A DNA stretch of 64,000 bases from Isurus oxyrinchus. Its lineage: Eukaryota. The translations under genes were made by a program, and so were the position numbers. The stretch is from positions 62,001-126,000 of the forward strand of contig JANJGN010000385.1 of assembly GCA_026770705.1 (NCBI GenBank), read 5' to 3'. Under the pieces are notes generated by a model. The model was not told the origin of the DNA. It was given only the letters and a program-made list of their open reading frames with translations, and searched no databases. Positions 1 through 13,300 of the stretch are shown here, one piece after another; the first letter of the stretch is position 1, and each line of letters begins with the position of its first letter.

Positions 1-164
1 GAAAATTATTTTTAGGCTTATGGGAACAAGACTTAGTTCCTCAAATCCTTTCTTTTGCAATAACACACTACAAGAATTCTGTTTAAATAAATTCCAGTTA
101 AACTTTGCCATGAAAGGATATCTTCTCACACTCCGCTCTACCTCAGCACTAACCCTCCTACAGT

Positions 165-472
165 CTGGCACCCCCTCAATACTGACCCTCCGACTGTGCG
201 GAACTCACAGTACAGACAATCTGACAGTGCAGCACTCCCTCATTACTGACCCTCTGACAGTGCAGCACTCCCACATTACTGACCCTCTGACAGTGCAGCA
301 CTCCCACATTACTGACCCTCTGACAGTGCAGCACTCCCTCATTACTGACCCTCTGACAGTGCAGCAATCCCACATTACTGACCCTCTGACAGTGCAGCAC
401 TCCCACATTACTGACCCTCCCACAGTGCAGCACTCCCACAGTAGAGTCCCGCTGACAGTGCAGCACTCCCTC
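165..472 (+). repeat. 33-bp minisatellite (unit ~CAGTGCAGCACTCCCTCAGTACTGACCCTCTGA)
   Basis: Tandem copies are visible and give the spurious TVQHSHITDPL ORFs. The same family recurs at ~23.5-24.0, 26.9-27.0, 36.1-36.8, 38.7-38.9, 45.9-46.2, 48.3-48.6, 52.8-53.2 and 59.6-59.8 kb. Confidence 0.95.
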
Positions 473-697
473 CGTAATGATAACAGGGGTCGTTGAAATG
501 TATCATACGGCCCGAGACCTGTATTGGGGACTCTATCGCCTGAGTTTCAGCCTCTGTGGTGAGGGGGAGGAGTCTAATCCCACGGAGCCAATGGAGAAGC
601 TTCATGACTACAGCTGCCCAAATATGAGCTGACAGATCACACATGGTAAACGTTTTGCTGAGAGCACAAAACATCCTCGATCTTCTCACTGATTACC

Positions 698-710
698 CAC
701 TTCCTCATTT
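698..710 (-). promoter_or_regulatory. PU.1/ETS-type site (AAATGAGGAAGTG on minus strand) upstream of the Siglec first exon
   Basis: CACTTCCTCATTT at 698-710 matches the PU-box GAGGAAGT and lies ~130 bp before the first donor. Motif match only. Confidence 0.45.
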
Positions 711-759
711 TGTCTCACAGTGACACATCCACCCTTTCTAATTAAACACACAGAGGGAG

Positions 760-838
760 CAGCACAGGAAGAGGTCATTCAGCTCAAGCAGAGCGTGTGG
801 GCAGTTCCTCCCCAGGCGAGCAGTCGGACAGGTCCTGG
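760..838 (+). other. Siglec gene A: non-coding first exon (start approximate)
   Basis: Strong donor CTGG|GTAAGT at 839. The exon and donor are conserved in the inverted paralog (59920-~59995). Confidence 0.65.
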
Positions 839-1288
839 GTAAGTAACGGAACGATTGGAATTCACTTCCACCACCAACACCGTCCTTTGTTGATGTTGTG
901 ACTTTATAAAGACAGATTCCAATGATTGATGCCTTTGAAAGATTTCTACTGGTTATTGAGATCTGGGTGTGAGACTCAAGTCTGTTGTACAGAACATCTT
1001 TCTAGCTCAAGGGATGAGGGAAGTGCAGAGACATGAGCTTTGGGACGTCTTGAGGTGGTGAAAGGTGCTATAGAAATGCAAATCCTTTAATGTTTTTCTT
1101 TCTTAAAGTCTTGTAACTCTCTGCAGAGCACCTATCATCCCACAGAGAATCAAATTAGTCTGTAAAGACATTGTCCAAAAACAGTTCTGATCTCTTGAGA
1201 GCTGTCGGACAAGAGGTGAGGTCTCATTAACTCCTTTCTCTTTCAGAGTTTGAGAGTCAGAAGCTTATGAAGTATCTGGGAGTGGACA

Positions 1289-1328
1289 ATGATCGGGAAA
1301 TCCTACTTCCTCCTGTCACTTCTCGAAG
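1289..1328 (+). CDS. Siglec A leader exon MIGKSYFLLSLLE (exon begins 1247)
   Basis: Acceptor TTTCAG at 1241-1246, ATG at 1289 with A at -3, phase-1 donor GTAATA at 1329. Joins V1 to give ...LLSLLEVGLSQ/EW. Confidence 0.85.
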
Positions 1329-4300
1329 GTAATAACATCGTCAGCTCGGACAGGTTTATGGCTAATAGTCTTTGTAAAAGATCATTCTTATTGAGTGTGA
1401 TTGGGGACCGATTCAGCAGTGAGCCAGTGTACAAACTGACACCAAGTCCCATTCACCCATCACCCCTGTGCTCACTGATATACACTGACTCCCTGTCTGA
1501 CAGCAGAATTGGAGGAGAGCAGAGATCTCAGAGGGATTTAGGGTTGGAGGAGGTTACACAGATAGAGAGTGTAGAGGGGGGATGGTGGGGTAAGAACTCG
1601 ATGATGAGAATTTGAAATTTGAGTCATTGCTGGACTGGGAGTCAGTGTAGTTCAGCCAGTGACAGGAGAGCGATCCACTGACTAGAGAATCAGGAATCCC
1701 AACTGGGGGATGAGGTCTATCCTGATGCTGGGACTCGGATAACAATGCCCTGAAATTTTGTGTCTTTTGCTGATTTTAGTCAGAATTTCCCATGAAGACA
1801 ACACAGCAGCTCCTAGAATAGACAGGCTGTTCAGTGTCACACTTCCTGTCCATTCTCACCATGCTAGATACTTCAATAAGGGAGCAAGATAACTGAAAGA
1901 GAGAGGGAAGGTAAAGCTGTCTGTGTGTAAAGCTGTCAAATATTCTGAGTTATCATGATTGTTTCTGATCTGCTGCAGAGTTTAAAGTTCTCAGAATATT
2001 AGCACTTTGCAGCTCAGAGAGAGACCATTGACTCACTGCCTGAAAGGGCGGTGGAAGCAGATTCAACAGGAACTTTCAGAAGGGGAACTAGATAAATACT
2101 TGAAGGGGACATTTTGCAGGGCTGTGGAGGAGAGAGCAGAGGTTAGAGTGGGACTAATTGGACAGATCTTTCAAAGGCCCAGCACAGGCTCGATGGGCCA
2201 AATGGCATCCTTCATTTCCGGATCATTCTACAATCTGATAAATTAAGCCCCACATCAGTAACTCTTCAGGCTCCTGCTGCAGGGATGGATCTTTGAGAAG
2301 GACAGGGAACAAGAGGTTCCTGGTATCATTTTCATATTTCTTGACAATTATATAAGTGTATAGATCTGTTGAATATTTGAGTCTCTAAAGCGTAGAGGTA
2401 ATCTGCTGTTATATCGAGATCTTGTGGTGGCAAAATTGTCTGGAGGTTTCTTTAATTGCTCACATTGATCTGTGGGATTGTCATTCATCGATGTTGTCCC
2501 TGGTTTCAATTGACATTACACCCTTGATGCAACTGAGGAGGCTTTAAACTAATATGGCAGGGGATCGGATCCCGAGAGGAGGTTCAACAGAGAGAGATGC
2601 ACGGCCAAAATTAGAAGAGAGAGCAAATGAAACTGGAAGGCATAGAAATTATTGGCCATTTAAGGCTCAAGATAGCGTGGCAAAGTTGGATTGTATTAAT
2701 TTTAATGCAAGGAGTCTGACAGACTTGCATTCTCCTGCAGGTGTAATGTTGCAGCTCCCTTGAACCTGCCAATATTGTTGAATCTTTCTGCATATTTCAA
2801 TGTTATGTCATGAACTGAGCTGATGGGATAGTTTCTGAGACTGGGACAGACATAAATCCATTGGCTTTCGGCCGGACCGGACAATCATGGAAGTGGGTGG
2901 GGCCAGAAAATCCCACCCCTATGGGAACATTTTCAGTTAATTTGATGTGCCCAGAGAGATCAATAAAGACCACAATAGACAATTTATTGGCAAGCCACGT
3001 CAGGATATGTGTGAGAGGTGGAATATCGATCACCGCTCCTAGTCTTGTCGTGTACATCATCGCCATTTCCTGGTTTGTCAGTCACCACATGTATATGTTC
3101 CTGATGGAATAGCGGATGGTCATTCTTATTGCTTGAAGGTTCCCCGTTGTGCAGGGTTTGATTGGATCAGCGCACGGCTCTTTGTAGCTGCATCAGCCTT
3201 TGCTCTCGTGCCCTGCCGCTGTCAATGGCCCTTTCTGCCACAAGCCTTGCAGGATTGGTGGAAAGCTGGGCATTTCCTTGGTGCCTGCAGAAGGCCACAC
3301 TTTCCACACGTCTCACTAGGTTTGGATGTTCTAGTGAGTGTGTCAACAATTGATGTTGTACTGAGGACCTGTAAGCTTCGTTGACCTGCGAGGATCACTT
3401 CGTATTTATGTCCATCCTTGAGTAGCTCTTCAATGCTATAGGTTTTGGTCTTATCTAGCAGACCTTTCTGGAAGGCTTCCATGGGAGTGGATGTAATCAC
3501 CAACTCAACAACTCTGTCTGCAGGCTCTGTGTTTGAAATCACAGTGCGTACCCTTCTCTCTACATCGGCTGATGAAGTGGTCTATGGATTGTGTAGGCTG
3601 ATGAAATGACATAAACTCTAGTTGATGAATATGGAGTTTCACCTGATTCTGAACCTGTCTTCCAATGTCGTCCATATCTATTGGGGATCCTTTCACTCTT
3701 CTGCTGTTAATCCTGATGTGCTCAGCCTGTGTAGACCTTCATTCCCAATCGCGAGGTGAATTTTTATGGCTTGCTCGTCTGGTTCAGTCATACCTGAATC
3801 AGGAAACCAGAGCTCTGTATGCTGTTTAAACATTCTGAATTCAGATAGTCGGTCAGCTACATCCCAGTTCAAACTGGGGAATTTAGTGGACATTCTGACA
3901 ATATTCCTTTGACATTCCTTCTCCTACAGGATCTGGGATGAGTGTCGCTTTAGCCCCTTTCGTGCGCTTTTCCGAAGCTCCGCCCACGGAGACGGGTTGT
4001 GGCAGGAACACACCACGGAGTAATGGAGTCTTTGTTTTTTATTCAATTTGCTGTTCAGCAATCTCGAAGCCGCCCGTTATAATCACTAACTTCTCTGGGC
4101 TGATTTTTATAATGGTTTTTGTGTGTTTGACTCTCCCTCGCTCACTATCGATCCAGCCCACACCCTGGTCACTCGCCTTCCCTGACTGAGCTAACCCGCT
4201 GCTGGTCCTGGCGATACACACTGTCCCACTCACTGACCTACAGGCCGTATGCTGTAATCTCACCACGAGGGATCCGTCTGCTCCCCAGCTCTTTACTTGA

Positions 4301-7300
4301 GCTCTTTCCCGTCACTGTGTCTTCAAAGGTTTCCTGAGCAGTCAGTACACTGCGATTTCAACCCTCTCTGATGCTGCGTCTCTGTTGTGGTCTGACCAAA
4401 GCGTCGAGGGTCGTCTCATGTCATGTAGCTCGATCTCAGGCTGTTCACCACGTCATACCTGTACTGAATCTTGCTGCCAGAATGTTTGGCCACCACTGAT
4501 CACCATGTTGTGTTTTTATAATGATATAAAGGCACCAGCCACTGATACGGAATTGGGTAAATACATTGTGGGTTCAGTTATTTAGAACAGGGACATGAGA
4601 ACAGATATACAAGGATAGAAAGCTGGGAGACACCTGCAGCCAAACTGTGTGAGCTGTGTTCTGCTCACAGGCCAAAGAGAAACTTGGACTGGATGGTGTT
4701 ACCATCCCAGCTGATGTTACTACTGGGCAAGTCAGATCCCAGGGTGGAGCTCAGCTTGATAGGTCCTAACTTTTATTTTTTATTTAGGAATGTGGAGTGC
4801 GGCTACTGAACAGAGTCACAGGAGTCATCTGATGAACGTCTAACAAAAGAATAAAACATTTATTAAACTAGGAAAGACAAACTATATGACATTACTCCTT
4901 CACCGAGACCTATACCTTTACAGATACATAAGTAGAACACAAATTACGATAACTATCTTATATTCTCATGTTCACACTAAGTACACAGTCCGTGTAAACC
5001 AATAGACGACCTGTGGTCAGGGACACAACATTCTGAAGCAAGTGGCAGAGCCCACTTGAAACAAATTCTATGTCTCATCTGTCCCCAGACGCTTGTGACA
5101 CTGTGAGCCAACCAGTCTCACTGAAAAGCTTCTTTCATATGAGAGTTTCCAATCTCCACTCTCCAAGAACTCTCTTTGGAATCTCCTCCAACATGACACT
5201 TTCACTCAGACACCTTCCACAAGGGTCCACTTTCACTATTTCAAACTCTCCTTCCCATGTTCCTGTCCCCTGGATCGCCACGTGCATTCAGCCTTCCTTC
5301 CACGCCCTGTCTCTCCAATGCTCAGCCGTGTCAATGGAACACCATGGCTTCACATGGCCGTAGTAATGAGTCACCAACCTGTGGTGTCTCCTAGGATCTT
5401 CTGGCTTCTCACAAGCCTATTTTGCTTTAGGTCTGTGTCCTGCTGCTTCTTCCTTTAAGCTTGAAGCCTTCTTCTGCTCCTCATTCTTAACTTCACTTAA
5501 CAGGGCCTTTTCCAGATTTGACTAGAAGGTTTTCTTGGGCCCTTTCTCCTGTTCCACTCGATGGTTTTGGCTTCTTCTTTACTTTGGGACTGACTATCTG
5601 TCCCAATCCTTTGCTGCTTCTCCTGGCAACTCCTTTCAACAGAACTGAAAGTACTTTTCTGTTTTTCTCTGTCTCTGTGGGTCCTTCCCTCTGGATCACT
5701 GTTGCTAGGCAACAGCACAGTTTCTTACACCTTGTATTTGTTTTGACTTCCCTTCAACAGTCATAAAACCTCAATGAAATGCTGGCTTCTTTGTAACTCA
5801 AGTTCCCCCTTTTCTCAACACCCAAATACAGAAATACAAACTAAACTTGAACTTAAAGATAGACCTTTTGCCTAACACACACAAATACACATAGAACTTA
5901 CTTAAGCGAACACCAGTTCCTAAAAATCACATGACACACTTCCCCTCGAGTGATGTCATGCTGCTGTCCCTGAAAGGCATATTACAAAAGTGTTATCACT
6001 TGGCAGGTGATGTGTGCCAGGCAGACCAAGTCCATGAGAGAAAGGTGGTCACACTATCATAATGATTTTGCAATTTGTATTTATTATGAGATGTGTGCAC
6101 TTAATTCAGAAGCAATAACTCCACCAATACCTTCAGAGATTTAAAACAATAAATTAACATATTTGTCATCAAAATAAAGGATTTCAAGCACATACATAAC
6201 TACAAGACTGCTATCATAACTCCTAAAATTCCTAATTAACCTGACTCCCAGTTACAGTCCCTTTAAGGCAACAGACCAAAAATAGATGTTAGATTTAAAA
6301 CAAAATCAGCAAGTTAACCCAATGCCCCGGACAGTGGAATTCCAAATGCATTGTCCCCAACTTCAGTTCTGTTGGAGAGCAGACTTCTGCACAAACAGGG
6401 TCCTGAGGACCATGAACCAATGTAGAATGAACTTTTCCGCTTTTGTGTCCAGGATTCTCTTCCATCTGGTGTGATACCTTGTGGAGTTCATTGTGTGTCC
6501 TGTAGATGGTCCACACTGCAGCCACTGTGCCCCAGTGATGGAGGGGGTGGATATCGAGTCTAGTGGATCAACAAAACATCCAGAGTTAAATATTGATATT
6601 TCTCTCCCCAGTTGGATTGTCACAAGAGTGGAAAGGTGACACTCCACGAGAGGTGACAGCGCAGGAAGGTTCGTGTGTACAGATTCCATGTCATTACAGT
6701 TATCCATCAGATTTGGTAAAGAAACCACAGGTCGGAATCTGGAAAATGAGAAGATACATACAGAACAAATGGTCTAAATGGTCTATAGCCTTTCACTCCA
6801 AGGGTCACAGTCGCGAGTTATCACAGTTCCACCATCGGACCCGGCTGTCTGGAGACCTGAAAGATGGCGACTGTTCCCTGATTATAAACAACATCAGACG
6901 GGAAGATGCAGGATCTTATTTTTTCACGATAAAATTTGGCAATGGTCCGAGACATAACGTTTCCCCTGAAACCCAGCTTCACGTTTCTGGTAAGTGCTGT
7001 GTTATAATTACTCACCAATTCACATCCAACACTCAATGGGAAATAATAGTGTTTGATTTGCTTGTTTTTTGGCCGTGTTAACCAGCGTCACTATTTTTAA
7101 TGATTTGTCTATTTCTGCTCCCAGATCCATGAGCTTATTGTGTGTGATTGAATCCACATCATAGCTGTAACGTAAACCGAGCTGAGGGGTGATGACACCT
7201 CCCCCCTGAGTGAAGTGTCTCCTCCCCACTACACCTTCCACCCCTCACACTGTCCGTGTAAACCCCCGTCCCATCTCCAGCCTCTCTTTCCCCTCCAAAG

Positions 7301-10300
7301 TCCTTGAACGTGTTTCCATCTCCCGAATCCGGTTCCATCTTTCCCGGAACTCCATGTTTGAATCCCTCCAATCAGGTTCCCACCCCAGCCACTGTGCTGA
7401 AACAGCTCTTATCAAGGTCACAAATGGCATCCTGTGTGACTGTGACAAAGGTCAACTTTCCCTCCTCGTCCTTCTCGATCTGTCTGCAGCCTTTGACACG
7501 CTCGACCACACCATCCTCCTCCAACCCCTCTCCACTGTCGTCCAGCTGGGTGGGACTGCTCTCCCCTGGCTCCATTCTTATCCATCTCATCGTAGCCAGA
7601 GAATCACTTGCAATGGCTTTGCAGCATCATCTGAACAGTATTAGTTTTCACCTGTCCACTGAGGATCCCCAGCTCTACCTCACCACCACCTCTCTTGACT
7701 CCTCCACTGCTGCTAAATTATCAGGCTGCTTATCCGACATCCAGTACTGGATGGGCAGAAATTCCCTCCAATTAAATATTGGAAAGACTGAAGCCATTGT
7801 CTTCATTCCCCGATCCAAACTCTGTTCCCTCGCTACCAACTCCATTCCTCTCCCTGGCAGCTCTCTGAGATTGAAGCCAATCTGTTCACAGCTTTGTTGT
7901 CCCATTTGATCCTGAGATGAGCTTCCGGCCTCATATCTGCGCCCTCACTAACACCGTCTATTTCCACCTCCATAACGTCGTACGACTTCACCCTGTCTCA
8001 GCTCATCTGCTGCTGAAACCCTCATCCACGCCTTCATTACCTCCAGACTCGACTGTTCCAACACATGCTCTACACTCCATAAACTTGAGGCCATCCAAAA
8101 CTGCTGACCACGTCCTTACTCACACCAAGTCCCGTTCCCTTATCACCCGCTCTGCTCGATGACCGAGACTGGCTCCTGGTCAAGCAAAGTCTCAATGTCC
8201 AAATTTTTGAATATTTTTCCTCCCTATTACAGTAATCTCCTCCTTTATCTTCATCCACGGCAACATTCCCTATCGCAGGAGCCTCCTCCAGTCCCTACAA
8301 CCCTCTCTATCTCAGGAGCCTCCTCCAGTCCCTACAACCCTCCCTATCTCAGGAGCCTCCTCCAGTCCCTACAACCCTCCCTATCTCAGGAGACTCCTCC
8401 AGTCTCTACAACCCTCCTATCTCAGTACTCTCTTCCAATCCCGAAAACCATTCCTATCACTGCAAACTCCTCCGGACCCAACACCCCTCCCTATCTCTTT
8501 AACCTCCTCAAGCCCCGATAACCCTCGCGATATTTGTAGCCTCCTCCAGTCCTAACAACCTCCACTATCTCTGCAAACTCCTCCAGACCGAATACCTCTC
8601 CTATCTCTGTAAGCTGGTCCATCTCTTACAACCCTTCATATTTCTGTAACCTCCTCCAGCCCACTACAACCCTCCCTATCTCTGTAACCTCCTCCAGTCC
8701 CTAAGAGTTTCCTTCATCTCTGTAACTCCTCCAGCCATTATAACCCTCCCTATCTCTGTAGCCTCCCTCAGCCCCAGCCACACTCCATATCTATGTAACC
8801 TCGTCCTGCCCCTACAACCCTCCCTATCTCTGTAACCCCATCCTGCCCCAAAAACTCCCCCATCTCTGTAAACTCCTCCAGTCCCTGCAACCTTCCCTAC
8901 CTCTGGAACCTCCACCAGCCTTTCCAACCCTCCCTACCTCTGCAATCCGTCCAGCCCCTACAACTCTTCCTATCCCTGTAAACTCCTCCTGCCCCTAAAA
9001 CCCTCTCTGCCCTTGCAGCCTCCTCCAGTCCCTACACGTTCCCCATCTCCATAAACTCCTCAAATCCCTATAGCCCTCCCTATCTCTGCAACCTCCTCCA
9101 GGTCCTACCACCCTCCCTATCTGCGTAATGTCCTCCAGTATCTACAGCCCTCCCTATCTCTGTTACCTCCTCCAGCCCCCACAAACCTCCCTATCAGTGT
9201 AACCTCCTCCAGCCCCAGATGGAAGGTGGGTCGAGCGGGTCAGTCACTTGCATGTTTATTCTGCAGCTTTAATATTTTAAGAAGGTAAGAATGTAGGAAC
9301 ATAAGAAATAGGGACAGGAGCAGGCCATTCGGCCCCTCGAGCCTGCTCTCACTGATCTGGTTGTGGCCTTAACTCCATTTTCCTGCCTGTCCCCCAAACC
9401 CTTGACTCCCTTGTCGATCAAAAACCTGCCTCACTCAGCCTTGAGTCTATTCAATGGCCCAGACTCCACTGCTCTCTGGGGAAGAGAATTCCACAGGCTA
9501 GCGCCCCTCTGAGAGAGGAAATTCCTCCTCATCTCAGTCTTAGATGGGAGAGCCCTCATTCCGAAACTGTGCTCCCTGGTTCTAGATTCCCCCACGAGGG
9601 GGAAACATCCTCCCAGCATCCACCCTGTCAAGCCCCCTCGGAATCGGATATGTTTCAATAAGGTCACCCCTCATTCTTCTAAACTCCAATGGATACAGGC
9701 CCAACCTGCTCAACATTTCCTCACAGGACAAACCCTTTAATCCCAGGAATCAGCCCAGTGAACCTCCTCTGAACTGCCTCCAATGCAACTCTATCCCTCC
9801 CTAAGTAAGGAGACCAGAACTGTACACACTGCTCCTGATACAATCTCACCAACGCCCTGTGCAGCTGCTGCAAGACTTCCCTCCTTTTATACCCCATCCC
9901 TTTGCAATAAAGGCCAACATTCCACTTGCCTTCCTCATTCCGTGGTGTTCCTGAATGCTGACTTTCTGTGATTCATGTACAAGGACACCCAGATCCCTCT
10001 GTACTGCATTCTGCAGCCTGTCTCCATTTAAATAATATCCTGTTTTTCTATTCTTCCTGCCAAAATAATTTGTTGCCATTCTCCTCAGTATTGACCATCC
10101 CCCCAATTCAGCCTCATCTGTAAATTTTGAGTCTAGTGGATCCACAAACCATCCAGAGTTAAATATTGAGATTTCTCTCCCCAGATAAACCCTCACAAGA
10201 GTGGAAAGGTGACAGTCCACGAGAGGTGACAGCACAGGAAGGTTCGTGTGTACAGATTCCATGTCATTACAGTTATCCATTGTGTCCGGAAAACCAACCG

Positions 10301-13300
10301 CGAGGTGGAGTCTGGTTTAATAATGAGAAACAGATTCCCTGGGCTCCCATTGCCTTTCACTCCAAGGATCACAGTCACGAGTTACCACGGTTCCACCATC
10401 GGACCCGGCTGTCTGGAGACCTGAAAGATGGCGACTGTTCCCTGATTATAAACAACATCAGACGGGAAGATGCAGGAACTTATATTTTCAGAATAGAATT
10501 TGACAATGGTCCGGGCCATAACTATTACCCTGTAACCCAGCTTCACGTTTCTGGTAAGTGCTGTGTTATAATTACTCAACAATTCACATTCAACACTCAA
10601 TGGGAAATAACACAAACTGTGACGTTTACATATTAACACAAAACACAGCTAATTATAACACACTGTCTGATTCTCGATAACCTGGTGATAGCTTCCAGTT
10701 CAGTCCTAAAACAACCTCTAATACTCACTTTAATATCAGTGGTTAAATGTATTGACTGTGTCCATCAATGTTATCAGGTTATCCACTTACATCAATCTCC
10801 CTAATCCTGTTTAAAATTCTTACATATCAACAAAAGAAAGATTTGCATTTCTATAGCGCCTTTCACCACCTTTTGACGTCGCAAATGGATTCACAACCAT
10901 TGAAATAATTCTTGAAATGTAGCCCTTGTTGTAATATAGGAAACACAGCAGCCAATTTGTGCACAGGAAGCTCCCAGAAACAGCAATGTGATCAATAACC
11001 TGATCGTCTGCTTTAAATGCCGGTTCAGTGATTGGTTCAAATGGATTCTCTCCTGCTGGGAACTGGATAGAATTTAAATCTGGCAGATTTCGGAGAAAGT
11101 AACAAGCCAGTGTGTCAGGAACTGTGAGCTGATCCCCCACCCTCACCCGGGATTGTCAATTCAATTGTCTCAAAGTGGAAGTGAATTCATCTGAGTGACT
11201 GAAACTCCACTAAGTCTGAAAATAGGAAAGTCTCTCCTGATCGTTGTAATCTCTCAGTTCTGATATCATCCTTGTAAAAGTGCTTTTTCTTGTGGGACTG
11301 TGATTTCTATTTGAACTGATGCTTCACGTTATATTTCTCTAAAAGGATCCATTCTCTGTCTGTTAGATTTCACAGATAAACCCATGATATTCCCTGCTGA
11401 AATTATTGCAGGGAAGCGTGTGGATGTAAGCTGCACCTTCAACACAACGTGCAATGGAACAGCAGCACCTGTCTTAACCTGGGACACTCCCACTGACGTA
11501 CCTGGATCAGTCTCAAACACTGTAACTCAGCATGGTGTCACTCTGACCTATACTTCTGTTCTGACCCTGATCTCATCACTCAAACACCACGGACACACTC
11601 TAAGCTGCAGAGTGAGATATCCATCTGTTTCATCGGAGCGGACCCTCGTATTAACTGTACAAGGTAAGTACTGAAACCCTTGATTCTATATTAGCTGTAA
11701 TAGGTTACAATGTGCAGAGCAAGATCCCACAAACATCACTGGGTTGAAGACAAAACAGGTCCTTTTTTATTAGTGATATTGACCAGGGAGAGCTCTTCCT
11801 GTATTGAGCCTTGGGATTGTTTATGCCTACCTGATAGGGCAGAGGGGGCCAAGGTTGAACTTAAAAGACAATATAGGATAATATAAATATTGTCTTCATT
11901 GATGTCAAAGATTTTGGGGGTGATGTAGTATAAAAGTTTAATATTAACAATGTAAATAGATAGTATTTATCATCAGTTACTCAAGGTTACATGAGAATAG
12001 AACACGGAGAGAGATAGTTCTATAGATACCTAGGTACATAGAAACTAGGAGCACGATTAGGACATTCAGCCCTTCAAGCCTTCTCCGCCATTCAATATGA
12101 TCAAGGCTGACCCTCTATCTCAAAGCCTTATTCCCGCTTTCTCTCCGTACCCTTTGATGCCCCTAATATCAAAATATTTATCAGTTTCTTTCTTGAATAC
12201 ACTCAGTGACCCGGCCTCCACAGCCTCTGTGATGGAGAATTCCACAGATTGACCACCCTCTGAGTGAAGAAATGTTTCCCTATCTCAGTCCAAAATGGCC
12301 TGCCCTGTATCCTGAGATTGTCGCCCTTGGTTTTAGACTCCCCAACCAGGGGATGCATCCTCCCTCCATCCAGTCTGTCTATCTCTGTTAGAATTTCTTA
12401 CGTTTATTCAGGTCTCCTCTCATTCTTCTAAACTCTAGTGAATACAGACCCAGTCGTAGCAATTCTCCTCATACGACAGTCCTGCCGCCCCTGGTATCAG
12501 CCTAGAGAACCTTCTCTGCACTCTCTCGAAGGCAAGTCTATCCTTTTTTAGGGAGGGAGACCAAAACGGCACGTAGTACCCCATGTGCAGTCTCACCAAG
12601 ACCTTGTATAACTGCAGTGAGACATCCCTACTCCTGAACACAAATCCTCTTGCAATGAAGGCCAACATACCATTTGCCTTCCGAATTACTTGCTGCACCT
12701 GCCTGTTTACTTTCATTGGCTAGTGCACAAGGACACCCAGATCCCTTTATACATCCACATTTCCCATTATATCACCATTTAAATAATACTCTGCCTTTCT
12801 GTTTTTCACACCAAAGCCTACAATGTCACATTCAACCACATCATCTGCCATGTGTTTGCCCACACACACAACTTGTCTAAATCGCCTTGAAGCCTCTTTG
12901 CATCCTCCTCACAGCTCACACCCTTACCCAGCGTTGTGTCATCAGAAAACCTGGAAATATTGCACTTGGCTCCTTCACCCAAGTCATTTAAATATATCGT
13001 GAATAGTTAGGTCCCAAGCACGGATCGCTGTGGTACACCACTAGTCACCGCCTGCCACTCAGATAAAGACTAATTTATTCTGACCCTCTGTTTCCTGTCT
13101 GTCGACCAATTCTCAATCCATGCCAGTAAATAACCCGCAATCCCATGGGCTTTAATGTTGCGCACTAGCCTCATGTAGGACCTTATCAAAAGCCTTCTTG
13201 AAATCTAAAAACACCACATCCACTGGTTATCCCTTATCTATTCCACAAGTTACATCCTCAAAATCTCCAGTAGATTAGTTAAGCATGATTTTCCTTTCAT

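Noticed and set aside
20-496. Repetitive ORFs (TVQHSLSTDPL / RVSTEGVLHCQ), here and at 23.4, 36.0, 38.7, 52.6 and 59.4 kb
   Set aside because: Translations of a 33-bp minisatellite, open in several frames. Not zinc fingers, and not CRISPR (no unique spacers, eukaryotic DNA).
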